Below, in pieces: positions 18,887-28,078 of a stretch of 64,000 bases of DNA. The translations under genes and the position numbers were made by a program. The notes beneath the pieces were generated by a model. That model did not search any database. It was not told the DNA's origin and was given only the letters and a program-made list of their open reading frames with translations. Within the stretch, counting starts at the first letter, position 1. Every line of letters begins with the position of its first letter. The DNA lies in assembly GCA_965140445.1 (NCBI GenBank), contig OZ223236.1, forward strand, positions 2,688,001-2,752,000, in the 5' to 3' direction. The stretch comes from Candidatus Ozemobacteraceae bacterium (GTDB taxonomy: Bacteria; Muiribacteriota; Ozemobacteria; Ozemobacterales; Ozemobacteraceae).

Positions 18887-20737
18887 AAAATCGCCATCTT
18901 CTCCTATTTTCCCTGGCCCCCTCAGAACATAAATTCCAGCTGAATTTGCATTAACATTAAATTCAATTGTCAGGCTGTCAGTTGCAACATCGATTGAATT
19001 TCCACTGATAGCATCAATATATGTACCAGCTAACACTCTTTCTACCCTAATGGCTTGCGGAATTACAGCGGACAAGCCAACAACTGCATAGCTTTCTCCA
19101 TTGTTGTAATTTCTGACAAAGCTCATTCCTGAAGCCCATGTTTTACCATTTTCAATTTTACCAGTTCTCAGCGCTGGTATTGAGGCTCTAATTAGATTTA
19201 GTCTTTTTATGTGTTTATAGATTGAATGTGCTTGAGAATTTGCAATATTGGCATCAGAAAGGTTATCGCCAAAATATGCTTTCCCGGTTGAGCTTAGCAT
19301 GTCATAGTCGGTTACCGGCACCTGAGGGAATCCTTTCTGAAATTCTATTTCTTCTCCGGCAATGATTGATGGCACTCCTCGCATTGTCCAGAGAAGAGTG
19401 TATGCATTCGCAGCAATAGAAGTTTCTCCGCTAAATTTGGTAAGGTTTCCGGTCTCAGGGCCATTGTCAAAGTTATGAAAAAAAGTAACAAGTTTGTATG
19501 GATCACCATAAGCCCAATCAAATTGAAGGATTTTTTCGATTCCAGAGTAGTATCCCTGAGTGATGTTTTCAGCAAAAGATTTAAACAATGGGTAATCCAT
19601 AACTACCAAACCTGAATCCGGACCGCCATCTGGATCATTGGTTATACTGGTAGTTTTTGAATACCACCAGGGGCATAGCTCAGAAGGCTCAGTTTCATTG
19701 TTTAGTTTCCCAAGGCCGCTTTGAACTGGTGATACATCTGCAAAAACGTAAAGATCTGGTTTCATGGCTTTCCAGTCGTTAAGCATTACCAGAAGATCAT
19801 ACCTGGGAATATTTCTGGCAAATTGAAGGCGAAAGCCATCAACGCCCATATCCAGATATTTTTTTACTACTTTTTTGAAATAATCTTTTACGCGCCAGTT
19901 TTCAGTTGCCAGATCCAGAGCATTTTCTTCGATGTGTTGGTTCTGAACGGAACTCTGATCTAGATTGCTGGCATTCTGAAACCATCCGGCTTTATGATAC
20001 AGATCGCCATCTAATTGAGTTTCGTCTGTTCCAAAAAATCTTTCTGCGGGAAAACCTTCTTGTGGCAACATTGTGCCAGTAACCGGATCTTTTAGTGGGC
20101 CAGCTGCCCATTGGTCCCGATAAAGAAAGTCTTTGAACCAGTCGGGTGCGCAAGGGTTATCGTTATCCATTCTGAATGGGTGTTTATGGTTGCCCCAGTT
20201 AAAAATGTATGGCCAGGTTGGCTCGGTGCTGGCTTTATAAAACTTTATGGGAAGCCGAGGGACAAAGAATTCGTTGCGAATGCCGTAGTTGGAGCTATGA
20301 TTCATGACAAGGGTTTGGATTAATCGTATACCCTTGGTATGAGCTGCAGTTATTAGATCGTAGTAGGAAGCATCTGGGGATTCAAGTCTTGGATCGATTT
20401 TCAACCAATCGTAGGAATAGTTTCCCGAAAAATCCAATCCCCCCCGATTTTCTACTGGTTGTGAAATGCAGATCGTTGTAAAGCCTAAATCTTTTATGTA
20501 ATCAAGCTTACTAATCAAGCCTTTAAAATCGCCGCGCCAATGGGGATCACCTTTTTCTATTCGCTCTCTGTTGTAGTAATTGTTGCTTTCATCCCCGTCA
20601 AAAAAACGACTGACATTAATGTTATATATTGTTTCATCTTTAAAATTACCGGGTTGATGAAATTCCGCAGCCTGAATCAGCGTAATATTTGAGAAGATTA
20701 AAGTCGTCAGGATTATACTTAAGAACTTTTTTTTCAT
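18878..20737 (-). CDS. Secreted GH13 alpha-amylase-like protein with degenerate catalytic residues
   Basis: DETIY, RFFDGD, WRGDFKGL..KLDYIKDLGFT, GVDGFR, MRGVP, G.EIEF; ATG 20737 after GGGAG. Confidence 0.85.
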   Translation of the reverse strand: MKKKFLSIILTTLIFSNITLIQAAEFHQPGNFKDETIYNINVSRFFDGDESNNYYNRERIEKGDPHWRGDFKGLISKLDYIKDLGFTTICISQPVENRGGLDFSGNYSYDWLKIDPRLESPDASYYDLITAAHTKGIRLIQTLVMNHSSNYGIRNEFFVPRLPIKFYKASTEPTWPYIFNWGNHKHPFRMDNDNPCAPDWFKDFLYRDQWAAGPLKDPVTGTMLPQEGFPAERFFGTDETQLDGDLYHKAGWFQNASNLDQSSVQNQHIEENALDLATENWRVKDYFKKVVKKYLDMGVDGFRLQFARNIPRYDLLVMLNDWKAMKPDLYVFADVSPVQSGLGKLNNETEPSELCPWWYSKTTSITNDPDGGPDSGLVVMDYPLFKSFAENITQGYYSGIEKILQFDWAYGDPYKLVTFFHNFDNGPETGNLTKFSGETSIAANAYTLLWTMRGVPSIIAGEEIEFQKGFPQVPVTDYDMLSSTGKAYFGDNLSDANIANSQAHSIYKHIKRLNLIRASIPALRTGKIENGKTWASGMSFVRNYNNGESYAVVGLSAVIPQAIRVERVLAGTYIDAISGNSIDVATDSLTIEFNVNANSAGIYVLRGPGKIGEDGDFLR

Positions 20738-20826
20738 AATTTTAGCTCCCGAATAGCTAAGAGATAATAACCATAGGGACGATAAAATCAAGGAAAACAA
20801 AAAAAAAGATTCCTAAGGAAGCAAAC

Positions 20827-21549
20827 ATGATTAATCGCAGCATTTTACTCAGCCTTTTATTTATTTCACTTATCGCGCCCATGAATTTTGCACAACCTCT
20901 AAACGGCAGGTTATCGCTGGGATATACAGATTCAAGCGGAAATACTGACGAGCAGAAGTTAAACTTTGATTTTGATTTTACCCAGAAAAAAAGTGAAAAA
21001 CTTAACCTTGTTTACAAGGGACTTTTTAACTACGGAAAAGCAGCTGGTGTAACTAATTCTGATAAAAAGAAAGTTAAGGTTCTTAGTGAATTTGTTAAAG
21101 ATGTTAACAGTTCTTATTATGCCAATCTTGGTGTTCTTCAGGACAAATTTGCAGGTTATGAAAGTCAGAAAACTCTCGGTCTGGGTTATTTGCAGAAAAT
21201 TTTTGTTGGCGAGCAATACAACTTAAGTGGAGCTCTGGGGGGAGAATTTACTCGTGATGAGTATACAGACTCAACCAACAAAACCAGAAGCTGGTTTAGA
21301 GCCGGATTAAATGGTGATCGTCAAATGGCTGAAAACATCAAAATGATCAGTGAATTAGTAATGGTTGCCCCAAAAGACAATTTCGAAGATCAATATCAAG
21401 TGGATTTTGCTTTGGGCAGCGTTTTTACCGTAAACACTCAGTTTGACCTGGAAATGAAATACTCGGTTTCCTATAAGAAGCAACCTGTTGTAACTGGTAA
21501 ACAAAAGCAGGACGCCATTTTTTACACCAACCTGGTTTACAAACTTTAA
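20827..21549 (+). CDS. DUF481/YdiY-like outer-membrane beta-barrel protein
   Basis: Signal peptide, SSGNT, QDKF.G, alternating beta-strand pattern, terminal NLVYKL. Confidence 0.8.
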   Translation: MINRSILLSLLFISLIAPMNFAQPLNGRLSLGYTDSSGNTDEQKLNFDFDFTQKKSEKLNLVYKGLFNYGKAAGVTNSDKKKVKVLSEFVKDVNSSYYANLGVLQDKFAGYESQKTLGLGYLQKIFVGEQYNLSGALGGEFTRDEYTDSTNKTRSWFRAGLNGDRQMAENIKMISELVMVAPKDNFEDQYQVDFALGSVFTVNTQFDLEMKYSVSYKKQPVVTGKQKQDAIFYTNLVYKL

Positions 21550-21595
21550 GCAATCAATTTAAAACACGTTTTAAAGCAAAAAGTTCGCATTTAAC

Positions 21596-21648
21596 AAATA
21601 TCATTCATCATTTTTATTCGTTTAATATGGTGGATGATATTTATTTTT
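21596..21648 (+). terminator. Putative terminator hairpin
   Basis: AAATATCATTCATCAT ... ATGGTGGATGATATTT with G-U pairs on the + strand, then a T-rich tail. Confidence 0.5.
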
Positions 21649-21735
21649 AGCCTGGAATTTGGCTGTTTAAATGCAAATTCAATCTTCTCCCATTTTTTAA
21701 GGTGGCATAGTTGTTTTTACTATAGCTATATGAGC

Positions 21736-22206
21736 CTATAGATAAAGCTTGTAAACCACTTGAAGCTCATCAAACCTTTCAAGTTCCATTATTTTTTTCA
21801 TTCCAAGTCGTTCAAGGAGTTTTCTGGATCTTTGATTCACTTTTTGGGTTTCTGCATATAGTTCTGTAATTTTCAGGGCGACTTTTGCTTTCTCAATAAA
21901 ACTTTGGATAGCTTGAAATGCAATACCTTTCCCCCAGTATTCAGGCAAAAATTGGTATGACAATTCTTTGGAATTCTTTTCATGATATGAGTCTATTGAA
22001 ATTAATCCCGCCTGGTTTCCAAGCTCGTCTTCTACAATGTAAAACAGTGATTCTGCTTCATTCGCACTAATCATATTGCTAAAGTTTTTTTCAATTCGTG
22101 CAATATCTGCAATTCCACCAAGATGCTTTCGAACCAGCTCGTTTTGCCATAATTTACAGCAAAAATCGAAATCATTTTTTGAAATTTTTCTTACTCTTAC
22201 ATCCAT
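21736..22206 (-). CDS. GNAT N-acetyltransferase (RimJ/RimL-like)
   Basis: ELSYQFLPEYWGKG, AETQKVNQRSRKLLERLG. Confidence 0.88.
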   Translation of the reverse strand: MDVRVRKISKNDFDFCCKLWQNELVRKHLGGIADIARIEKNFSNMISANEAESLFYIVEDELGNQAGLISIDSYHEKNSKELSYQFLPEYWGKGIAFQAIQSFIEKAKVALKITELYAETQKVNQRSRKLLERLGMKKIMELERFDELQVVYKLYL

Positions 22207-22254
22207 TATTCTGCTTATTCCGCTACTACTTAACTTTTAAATGAAATTTTATAG

Positions 22255-23205
22255 TCATAAAAATTTTTCATGATCCTCAATTACATCTCTGATTATTTTT
22301 TTAATTCTTTTCTCCGCTGGAGAGCCTGAGTTTGCAATTTCTTTAAGAGAAATTAATGCTTTCCAAAGAGTCCAGCACCTTGCCCTTGCCCAGGTAGGTT
22401 TATCAAAATTTAAGCGTTTTTTAAAAATCGAGCGGCTTTCACCAGAAAAAATTGTCCATGCTACAACCAGGTCACATGCAGGGTCACCTATGGTTAATCC
22501 AAGATCAATAACCCCGTATAATTTACCATCTTTAACTAACAGGTTGTCCTGGCTTAAGTCCCCATGAAACCAAACAGGCTCTTTTTCCCATTTTGAGCCT
22601 TTGGAAGAGTTCCAGATTTCTAAAACTTTGTCTTCATCAATTATTTCTTTTAGCTTCAAAATAGCTTGTAAAGTGTCTATTTCATAAATTTCAGGATGAT
22701 TACCCCTGAAAAAATTATGGGGTCCTGGAAGAGGCCCATTAGTAGTCTCTAAACTATATAAAGCATTTAGAAATTCGGTCAAATCCCAGGCAAACCGTTT
22801 TTTATTCGAAATTTGCTTAAAGTCAAAATTATTACCTTCTACCCACTGAAGAACTGACCAATTCCAGGGATATATTTTTTCCGAATGTCCAATTGCTATA
22901 GGCCTGGGAACAGGTAAAGGTAGTTGCATGGCAATTTTTTCCAAATTTAAGTGGCTTGCCTGAATATTTTCAATGCTGCGGGAATATCTTTTGGCAGTTG
23001 GGAATTTTATCAGCATGTCTTCGCCAAGTCGGAAATTTTTGGTGCACCACCCGTTTACTTTTACAGGCTGGATCGGTAGATTTTTCCATTTTGGAAACTG
23101 CCTTTCCACTAATTTGCAAGCTGTTTCCATATCTATTTCCAGCCGCTCAGCGTAAGGCTCTTCTATCAATGTGTATGGGTAATAAATGTCCATAATTGTT
23201 ATCAA
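22255..23205 (-). CDS. APH/choline kinase-like phosphotransferase
   Basis: QFPKW..LPI.PV, YPWNWS, Brenner motif HGDL...N, VIDLG, GDPACDL; start uncertain. Confidence 0.88.
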   Translation of the reverse strand: MITIMDIYYPYTLIEEPYAERLEIDMETACKLVERQFPKWKNLPIQPVKVNGWCTKNFRLGEDMLIKFPTAKRYSRSIENIQASHLNLEKIAMQLPLPVPRPIAIGHSEKIYPWNWSVLQWVEGNNFDFKQISNKKRFAWDLTEFLNALYSLETTNGPLPGPHNFFRGNHPEIYEIDTLQAILKLKEIIDEDKVLEIWNSSKGSKWEKEPVWFHGDLSQDNLLVKDGKLYGVIDLGLTIGDPACDLVVAWTIFSGESRSIFKKRLNFDKPTWARARCWTLWKALISLKEIANSGSPAEKRIKKIIRDVIEDHEKFL

Positions 23206-23384
23206 CTAATTTCCAGCGTACAAAATGGTTATATCAATCCAGGGTAAATGAAAGAAATTATTGCTCCTTCTGTTTAAGTTAAAGCAATCGGCAAAAGGAT
23301 TCAATTGCAATTAGACCTTGCTTAAATTTTTTTTTGTCCCTTAAGCGATTTCAATTAAGGTTCAAAGATTTATTTGAATTTACT

Positions 23385-25061
23385 CTAATTAGCAAAAAGA
23401 AAACGAATTCCCATGATAAAAGCAACGTCAAGTCTTGATTCAATTACCAGTTGGTCATTTTCAGAGATTTTAATATCTCCGGAATCTGGTGAAATGACTA
23501 TAATCCCCTCAGGACCAACATTTGCTTTATTGGAAATCAACCGTAATTTTTGATCCTTGCCGCTTTTAAGATAACAATACAATTCCGACCATCCAAGCCT
23601 ACCAAAATGTCCGTCTTTGTTCTTGCTAAGAACTGTATTATCAACATCGCCTGCTGCAATTTCAATCTGGCGGAATTTTTTTCCAGCTGGAAGATTAAGA
23701 ATCAGTCTGCCTATTGAATCAATGTAACCCTGTTCTGGCTGTGGGATACTGGTGTGGAAATAGTGCTTAGAGGGAATCATATTCTGGTAAATTTTACGAA
23801 AATATCGGCGAACGCCTATCATCAATGCACCGGGATATTTCCCTCCAAATCGTGGTCCGCCTCCAAAATTAGGCAATAAAAGACCTTTTTGGGATTGAGC
23901 AAACGATGTATTCTTCACAAAGATTATTTCTTTTGAAAAAGTATCTTTTTCTTCTGCAAAAAATACCACTTCAGCGCTGTGCATTAAAGCTACAGAATGT
24001 TCAGGGTTGCCAAAACCAACATTTGTCAGGATGATACTGTCAGGCTGAACACCATTCATGCAGCTTAAACAATCGTGAAGGCTTTCGTTCTCCGGATCAT
24101 CAGCAGTTCGTGATTCTACAAATTTTTCGGTTCCGTAGCGGTCATACCAGGGCCATAAAAGCCTGGTATTTTTATCTTGAGCCTGCACTAGAATATATGC
24201 AGGATCTGGATCTATTTCTGTTTTTGCAGCAACATCTTCGGGGGGCTGTCTGAAGCGAAGCACAATATAGTTAATCTGTCTCCCAATAAAGCTTTTGGGT
24301 AATTGAAGTTTCCAACAATCTTTTTGTTGAATTGGCAGCCCTTTTAATTGATCAAATACAAAGCGAACTGTTGTTTGATTTTGCGAGGATGCGAAGAATT
24401 TACGTGTGTAATTTTTATTTTTTTGAACTTCAGGAAGAAAAAAACATTCCAGATAATGAATCTGGGCAACGGCAAGTTCCGTTTTCCCTCGACCAGTGTT
24501 AACTAACCTGATTTTATCAATTGGGAAATTTCCGACAAGATTTTGAATGCTATTAAATACATTTCTATTTAGATTTTGGGGAGTTCCGACCGTGGCGAAT
24601 TTTTCCGACCCAAATTGGTCAGCCCATTGAACCCATTTTGAGGAACCGGAATTATGGCAATAGAGTGAAAGATAAGCACCATTTTCGTCCAGCTTGCTTT
24701 TATTTAAGACCAGATATTTGGGGTCTTTGCGGAAATGGATTCTTACAAAATTGAGGGGCCTTTGCTTGAACCGGGCTGGAAAACAAATTTCCCATGCTTC
24801 TGAGTTGTGAATAGTCTTTCCACTTTCTTCTGGTATTGAAATGCTAAAAGAATTGGTTTTGATGATCAGCTGATTTGAGAAAAATTTAAAAGTTTTAATG
24901 GGTTTTGAATTGGAGCGGTTTTCAGAAATGTTAAAATAAGTAGGCTGCTTTGCTTTCAATCCATAGGTTTGAATAGCAAAAACAGAGCCAAAAAGGCTAA
25001 ATAATATTAAGGTAAAGGTTTTGAGTATAAATTTGTTTCTCAAGAATTTCTCCAAAGCCAT
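23385..25061 (-). CDS. Secreted hypothetical protein with internal tandem duplication
   Basis: N-terminal hydrophobic segment; two similar ~160-aa units. Confidence 0.7.
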   Translation of the reverse strand: MALEKFLRNKFILKTFTLILFSLFGSVFAIQTYGLKAKQPTYFNISENRSNSKPIKTFKFFSNQLIIKTNSFSISIPEESGKTIHNSEAWEICFPARFKQRPLNFVRIHFRKDPKYLVLNKSKLDENGAYLSLYCHNSGSSKWVQWADQFGSEKFATVGTPQNLNRNVFNSIQNLVGNFPIDKIRLVNTGRGKTELAVAQIHYLECFFLPEVQKNKNYTRKFFASSQNQTTVRFVFDQLKGLPIQQKDCWKLQLPKSFIGRQINYIVLRFRQPPEDVAAKTEIDPDPAYILVQAQDKNTRLLWPWYDRYGTEKFVESRTADDPENESLHDCLSCMNGVQPDSIILTNVGFGNPEHSVALMHSAEVVFFAEEKDTFSKEIIFVKNTSFAQSQKGLLLPNFGGGPRFGGKYPGALMIGVRRYFRKIYQNMIPSKHYFHTSIPQPEQGYIDSIGRLILNLPAGKKFRQIEIAAGDVDNTVLSKNKDGHFGRLGWSELYCYLKSGKDQKLRLISNKANVGPEGIIVISPDSGDIKISENDQLVIESRLDVAFIMGIRFLFAN

Positions 25062-25148
25062 TTGAATTACAATTCATTAGAAATATTTGCATTACTAATA
25101 ATTGGGAAGCGGCTCTTCTTTTGCATTTTCCAAGAGCAATTTGGGAGC

Positions 25149-25502
25149 CTACTCAAGTTCGATAGCTTGTTTTTGTAACGCTTTAATATCTTTCCAGAGC
25201 TTACCTTGTTCAATTCCAGAGATTCTTTCTTCGTATTTTTTACAGGCTCTGTTTAAAACTGATTCGACTTTAATACCCGATTCTTTTTCTAACGATAAAA
25301 CTATATTTAGGTAATCCCAAAGCACATCGCCAAGTTCATCTTCAAGAAAATTGTTTCGTTTTTTGGGGATTTCATCGCTAACCTCGTCAATTTCTTTCCT
25401 GATCTCATCTAGATAGGTTTTTGAGCCACTTGCCCAGCTATTTGTTTCATCGAATTTGTTTTTTCTTCTTGCGATGTTAAGTAGATTCTCAAATTGTTTC
25501 AT
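25149..25502 (-). CDS. MazG-like nucleotide pyrophosphohydrolase
   Basis: EI.KEIDEV ... EDELGDVL all-alpha NTP-PPase motif. Confidence 0.85.
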   Translation of the reverse strand: MKQFENLLNIARRKNKFDETNSWASGSKTYLDEIRKEIDEVSDEIPKKRNNFLEDELGDVLWDYLNIVLSLEKESGIKVESVLNRACKKYEERISGIEQGKLWKDIKALQKQAIELE

Positions 25503-25551
25503 CCTGGTATTTCTCCAATAAAATTGTCATAGCTATTGCAATGATTACCAT

Positions 25552-26187
25552 TTAGCTCCATATCTCAAGAGGCCCAAGGTGAACCAATGCTCTGAGAATA
25601 TCACTTCTGGTAATTATTCCAATCACCGCATCCTGATCATTAATTATGGGCATCGCTCCAATATGGTTTTCAAACATAGCCTTAGAAATGCTGTGAATTT
25701 CTGTCTGTGGCAAAGCCGTTAAAACTGGTGAAATAAAGTGCATGCCAACAGTTTGATTAAAAGATTCTTCATCATCTTTTTTAAAGACATTCCATCCCAG
25801 GGTCATTGCAGCTCTAAGAAGATTACGATCAGATACAATTCCAATTGGAGACTCTTTCTCATTTACCATTGGAATATATCTAAATCGGTGTTCCTGGATC
25901 AAAAACCATGCGTCAGCTAAAGTTGTTGAAGGTTTCAAAGTGGTAACCGGGGTACTCATTATTTCGTTGGCGTAGATGATTTTTTGCCGACCAGAAAGTT
26001 GATTTTGATTCCTGTTATAGGTTTTCTGAGCTAAGCGAGTAGCAAAAGATTGATTTGTTGGCAATTCTTTTGGCCCCTTACTTTCAACCTTTTCATTTTT
26101 TACGCCTAAAACGCCTGGTGCCTTAAAAAGTGGCTTATCATGGGGAATGAACCGTCTTACGCCGTCATCAATCAAAATTAGAGGCAT
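25552..26187 (-). CDS. CBS domain pair protein
   Basis: IMSTPV, GIVSDRNL, GAMPI, GIITRSDIL. Confidence 0.88.
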   Translation of the reverse strand: MPLILIDDGVRRFIPHDKPLFKAPGVLGVKNEKVESKGPKELPTNQSFATRLAQKTYNRNQNQLSGRQKIIYANEIMSTPVTTLKPSTTLADAWFLIQEHRFRYIPMVNEKESPIGIVSDRNLLRAAMTLGWNVFKKDDEESFNQTVGMHFISPVLTALPQTEIHSISKAMFENHIGAMPIINDQDAVIGIITRSDILRALVHLGPLEIWS

Positions 26188-26451
26188 TTTATCTCCAGAG
26201 TTTAAAAAAAAATAAAAGAAATTTTAATAATTATATCACGACTATCTTAAATTGAAGTTTTGAGGTCTAATCTCTGAGACTTGAAGATACGTATCTATTT
26301 TAGACTAACAATTTAGGCATAAATCTATTCTTCATGAATAATTTTCCAGTCCTGTTGAATAAACTTTTTTTAGGAGCAAGCGCGAACAGAAACTAATGGC
26401 TTAAGATGTTTTCAAAATTTTCATGTAAAACAACAATATTGGTGAAAAGAC

Positions 26452-27201
26452 TTATGGCTTAGTTCCAATGATTACTGGCTGATAGTAATCACTTACAATG
26501 TGATTCACTTTGATAAATCCGGCTTCTTTCATTAATCCAATCAACTTTGGAACCCCTATAGCATAATATCTGGTCCTAAAAACTTTTGTTTCAGGCTCTG
26601 AAAGCCCATCGTCTGAAACAAAATACATAGACAAATTATAAAGTTCACCATGAAATTCCCAGGTTTGAAAAACAATAAACTTCTTTCCATCTATGAGACG
26701 AACACCATAGGGTTTTAGCTTTACATCTTTACGTTCTTCTTTTTCATAATCCCTGATCGTAATGATGCATCCACCGCCATTTTTTAAGCATTTATGAAAT
26801 TCTTTTAAAGCGGTTAAAATCTCTCCATCTGACAATAAATGGGGGATAGAGTTATCGCATGAAATCAATACATCAAATTGTTTTTGGTGTTTAACAAAGG
26901 ATTTCTTCATATCGCAGACTGAAAAATCTATTTCAAGATTTCGCATTTTGGCTTCCCGTTTTGCTCTTTCAATCTCTTTGCTTGATAAATCTGATGCAGT
27001 AACTGTATATCCTATTTGAGCCAGGCCAATTGCCTGGGTTCCTATGCCGCAAGAAACATCTAAAACTGAGTTGCTTTCGTTTCCCCATTCCTCAATGATT
27101 ATTCTATCAAGTATTTTTGCTTGTTTTTGTATGCTGTGGTCCCAATCTTCAAAAATAATATGATAGAAGGGAGAAAGATCATCATAGAAACTATCCAACA
27201 T
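26452..27201 (-). CDS. Class I SAM-dependent methyltransferase
   Basis: VLDVSCGIGT motif I, ASDLS, CDM, NSIPH. Confidence 0.9.
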   Translation of the reverse strand: MLDSFYDDLSPFYHIIFEDWDHSIQKQAKILDRIIIEEWGNESNSVLDVSCGIGTQAIGLAQIGYTVTASDLSSKEIERAKREAKMRNLEIDFSVCDMKKSFVKHQKQFDVLISCDNSIPHLLSDGEILTALKEFHKCLKNGGGCIITIRDYEKEERKDVKLKPYGVRLIDGKKFIVFQTWEFHGELYNLSMYFVSDDGLSEPETKVFRTRYYAIGVPKLIGLMKEAGFIKVNHIVSDYYQPVIIGTKP

Positions 27202-27257
27202 TTAGTTCTCTCCTTTTTGAGAGCCATGAAAATCAATTAAATCTGGAAATGAAAAAA

Positions 27258-27797
27258 TCACTTCGATTTTAAAAAAAATATTGAGAGACACACTTGAGCT
27301 ATTAATCCCAGAAGTGGAGAGGCATACAACGCCATAGGATTTTTGGGTTTGGAAAAGCCCTTTTTTTGTAATTTAGTATAAAGCCAAACGCTGTGAGAAT
27401 AATCTAAGAAATCCAAACTTAAAAAGAAAACCACCCATGGAACAAACCCAAGCCCAGTTTCTTTAAGCGCATTGGTAAATAGGCTTATTAGCATTACTCC
27501 ACCTATCATCAAAATTCCGCTGATTAAAATCCAGAGAATTTGAAGAATCAAAGAAAATAATATTGTTTTCATTGTTGAAAAAAATACGGATTTAGATTCG
27601 GCAAGATATTCCCAAACAAAGGTTTTTGCCAGTGTCACAACCAAAATGTGAACAGGTAGAAAATAGAAAACAGCAAACAAACCGAATAAGCCAAAAACAT
27701 CTCTGGGATACGGGCCAGCAAGCGCGGCACTTGGGGTAAATAAAATCATTCCAAAAGCCGCTATCGCAAAAAGAACTCTATTAGTAAATGGTTTCAC
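27258..27797 (-). CDS. Hypothetical membrane protein
   Basis: Several hydrophobic segments; GTG start after AAGGA. Confidence 0.65.
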   Translation of the reverse strand: MKPFTNRVLFAIAAFGMILFTPSAALAGPYPRDVFGLFGLFAVFYFLPVHILVVTLAKTFVWEYLAESKSVFFSTMKTILFSLILQILWILISGILMIGGVMLISLFTNALKETGLGFVPWVVFFLSLDFLDYSHSVWLYTKLQKKGFSKPKNPMALYASPLLGLIAQVCLSIFFLKSK

Positions 27798-28078
27798 TTT
27801 GATCCTTAAATAATGGTTAAACGTTAGTTTTATCAGATTAATAATATCAATGAGAGTTTAGAAATGCCATCATAAATAAGTTTGAAATGCTATATTTAAT
27901 TTAACTCGGTGGTGCACATAAATTGAGGATATTAAAATTAGTTCTCCAAAATAAAATTTTATGCTGAGGCGATTTCAAAACAAAAAAAAATGTTGGTAAT
28001 ACATGATCATACTGTATAATCTGCTTAGAAATTATTTCGATTAAAAAAATTAAACATTAAAAACAGGAAGGTAGTTTT

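Noticed and set aside
22255..23205. Aminoglycoside resistance gene on a mobile element
   Set aside because: Belongs to a broad APH-like family of unknown substrate; no transposase, integrase or terminal repeats nearby
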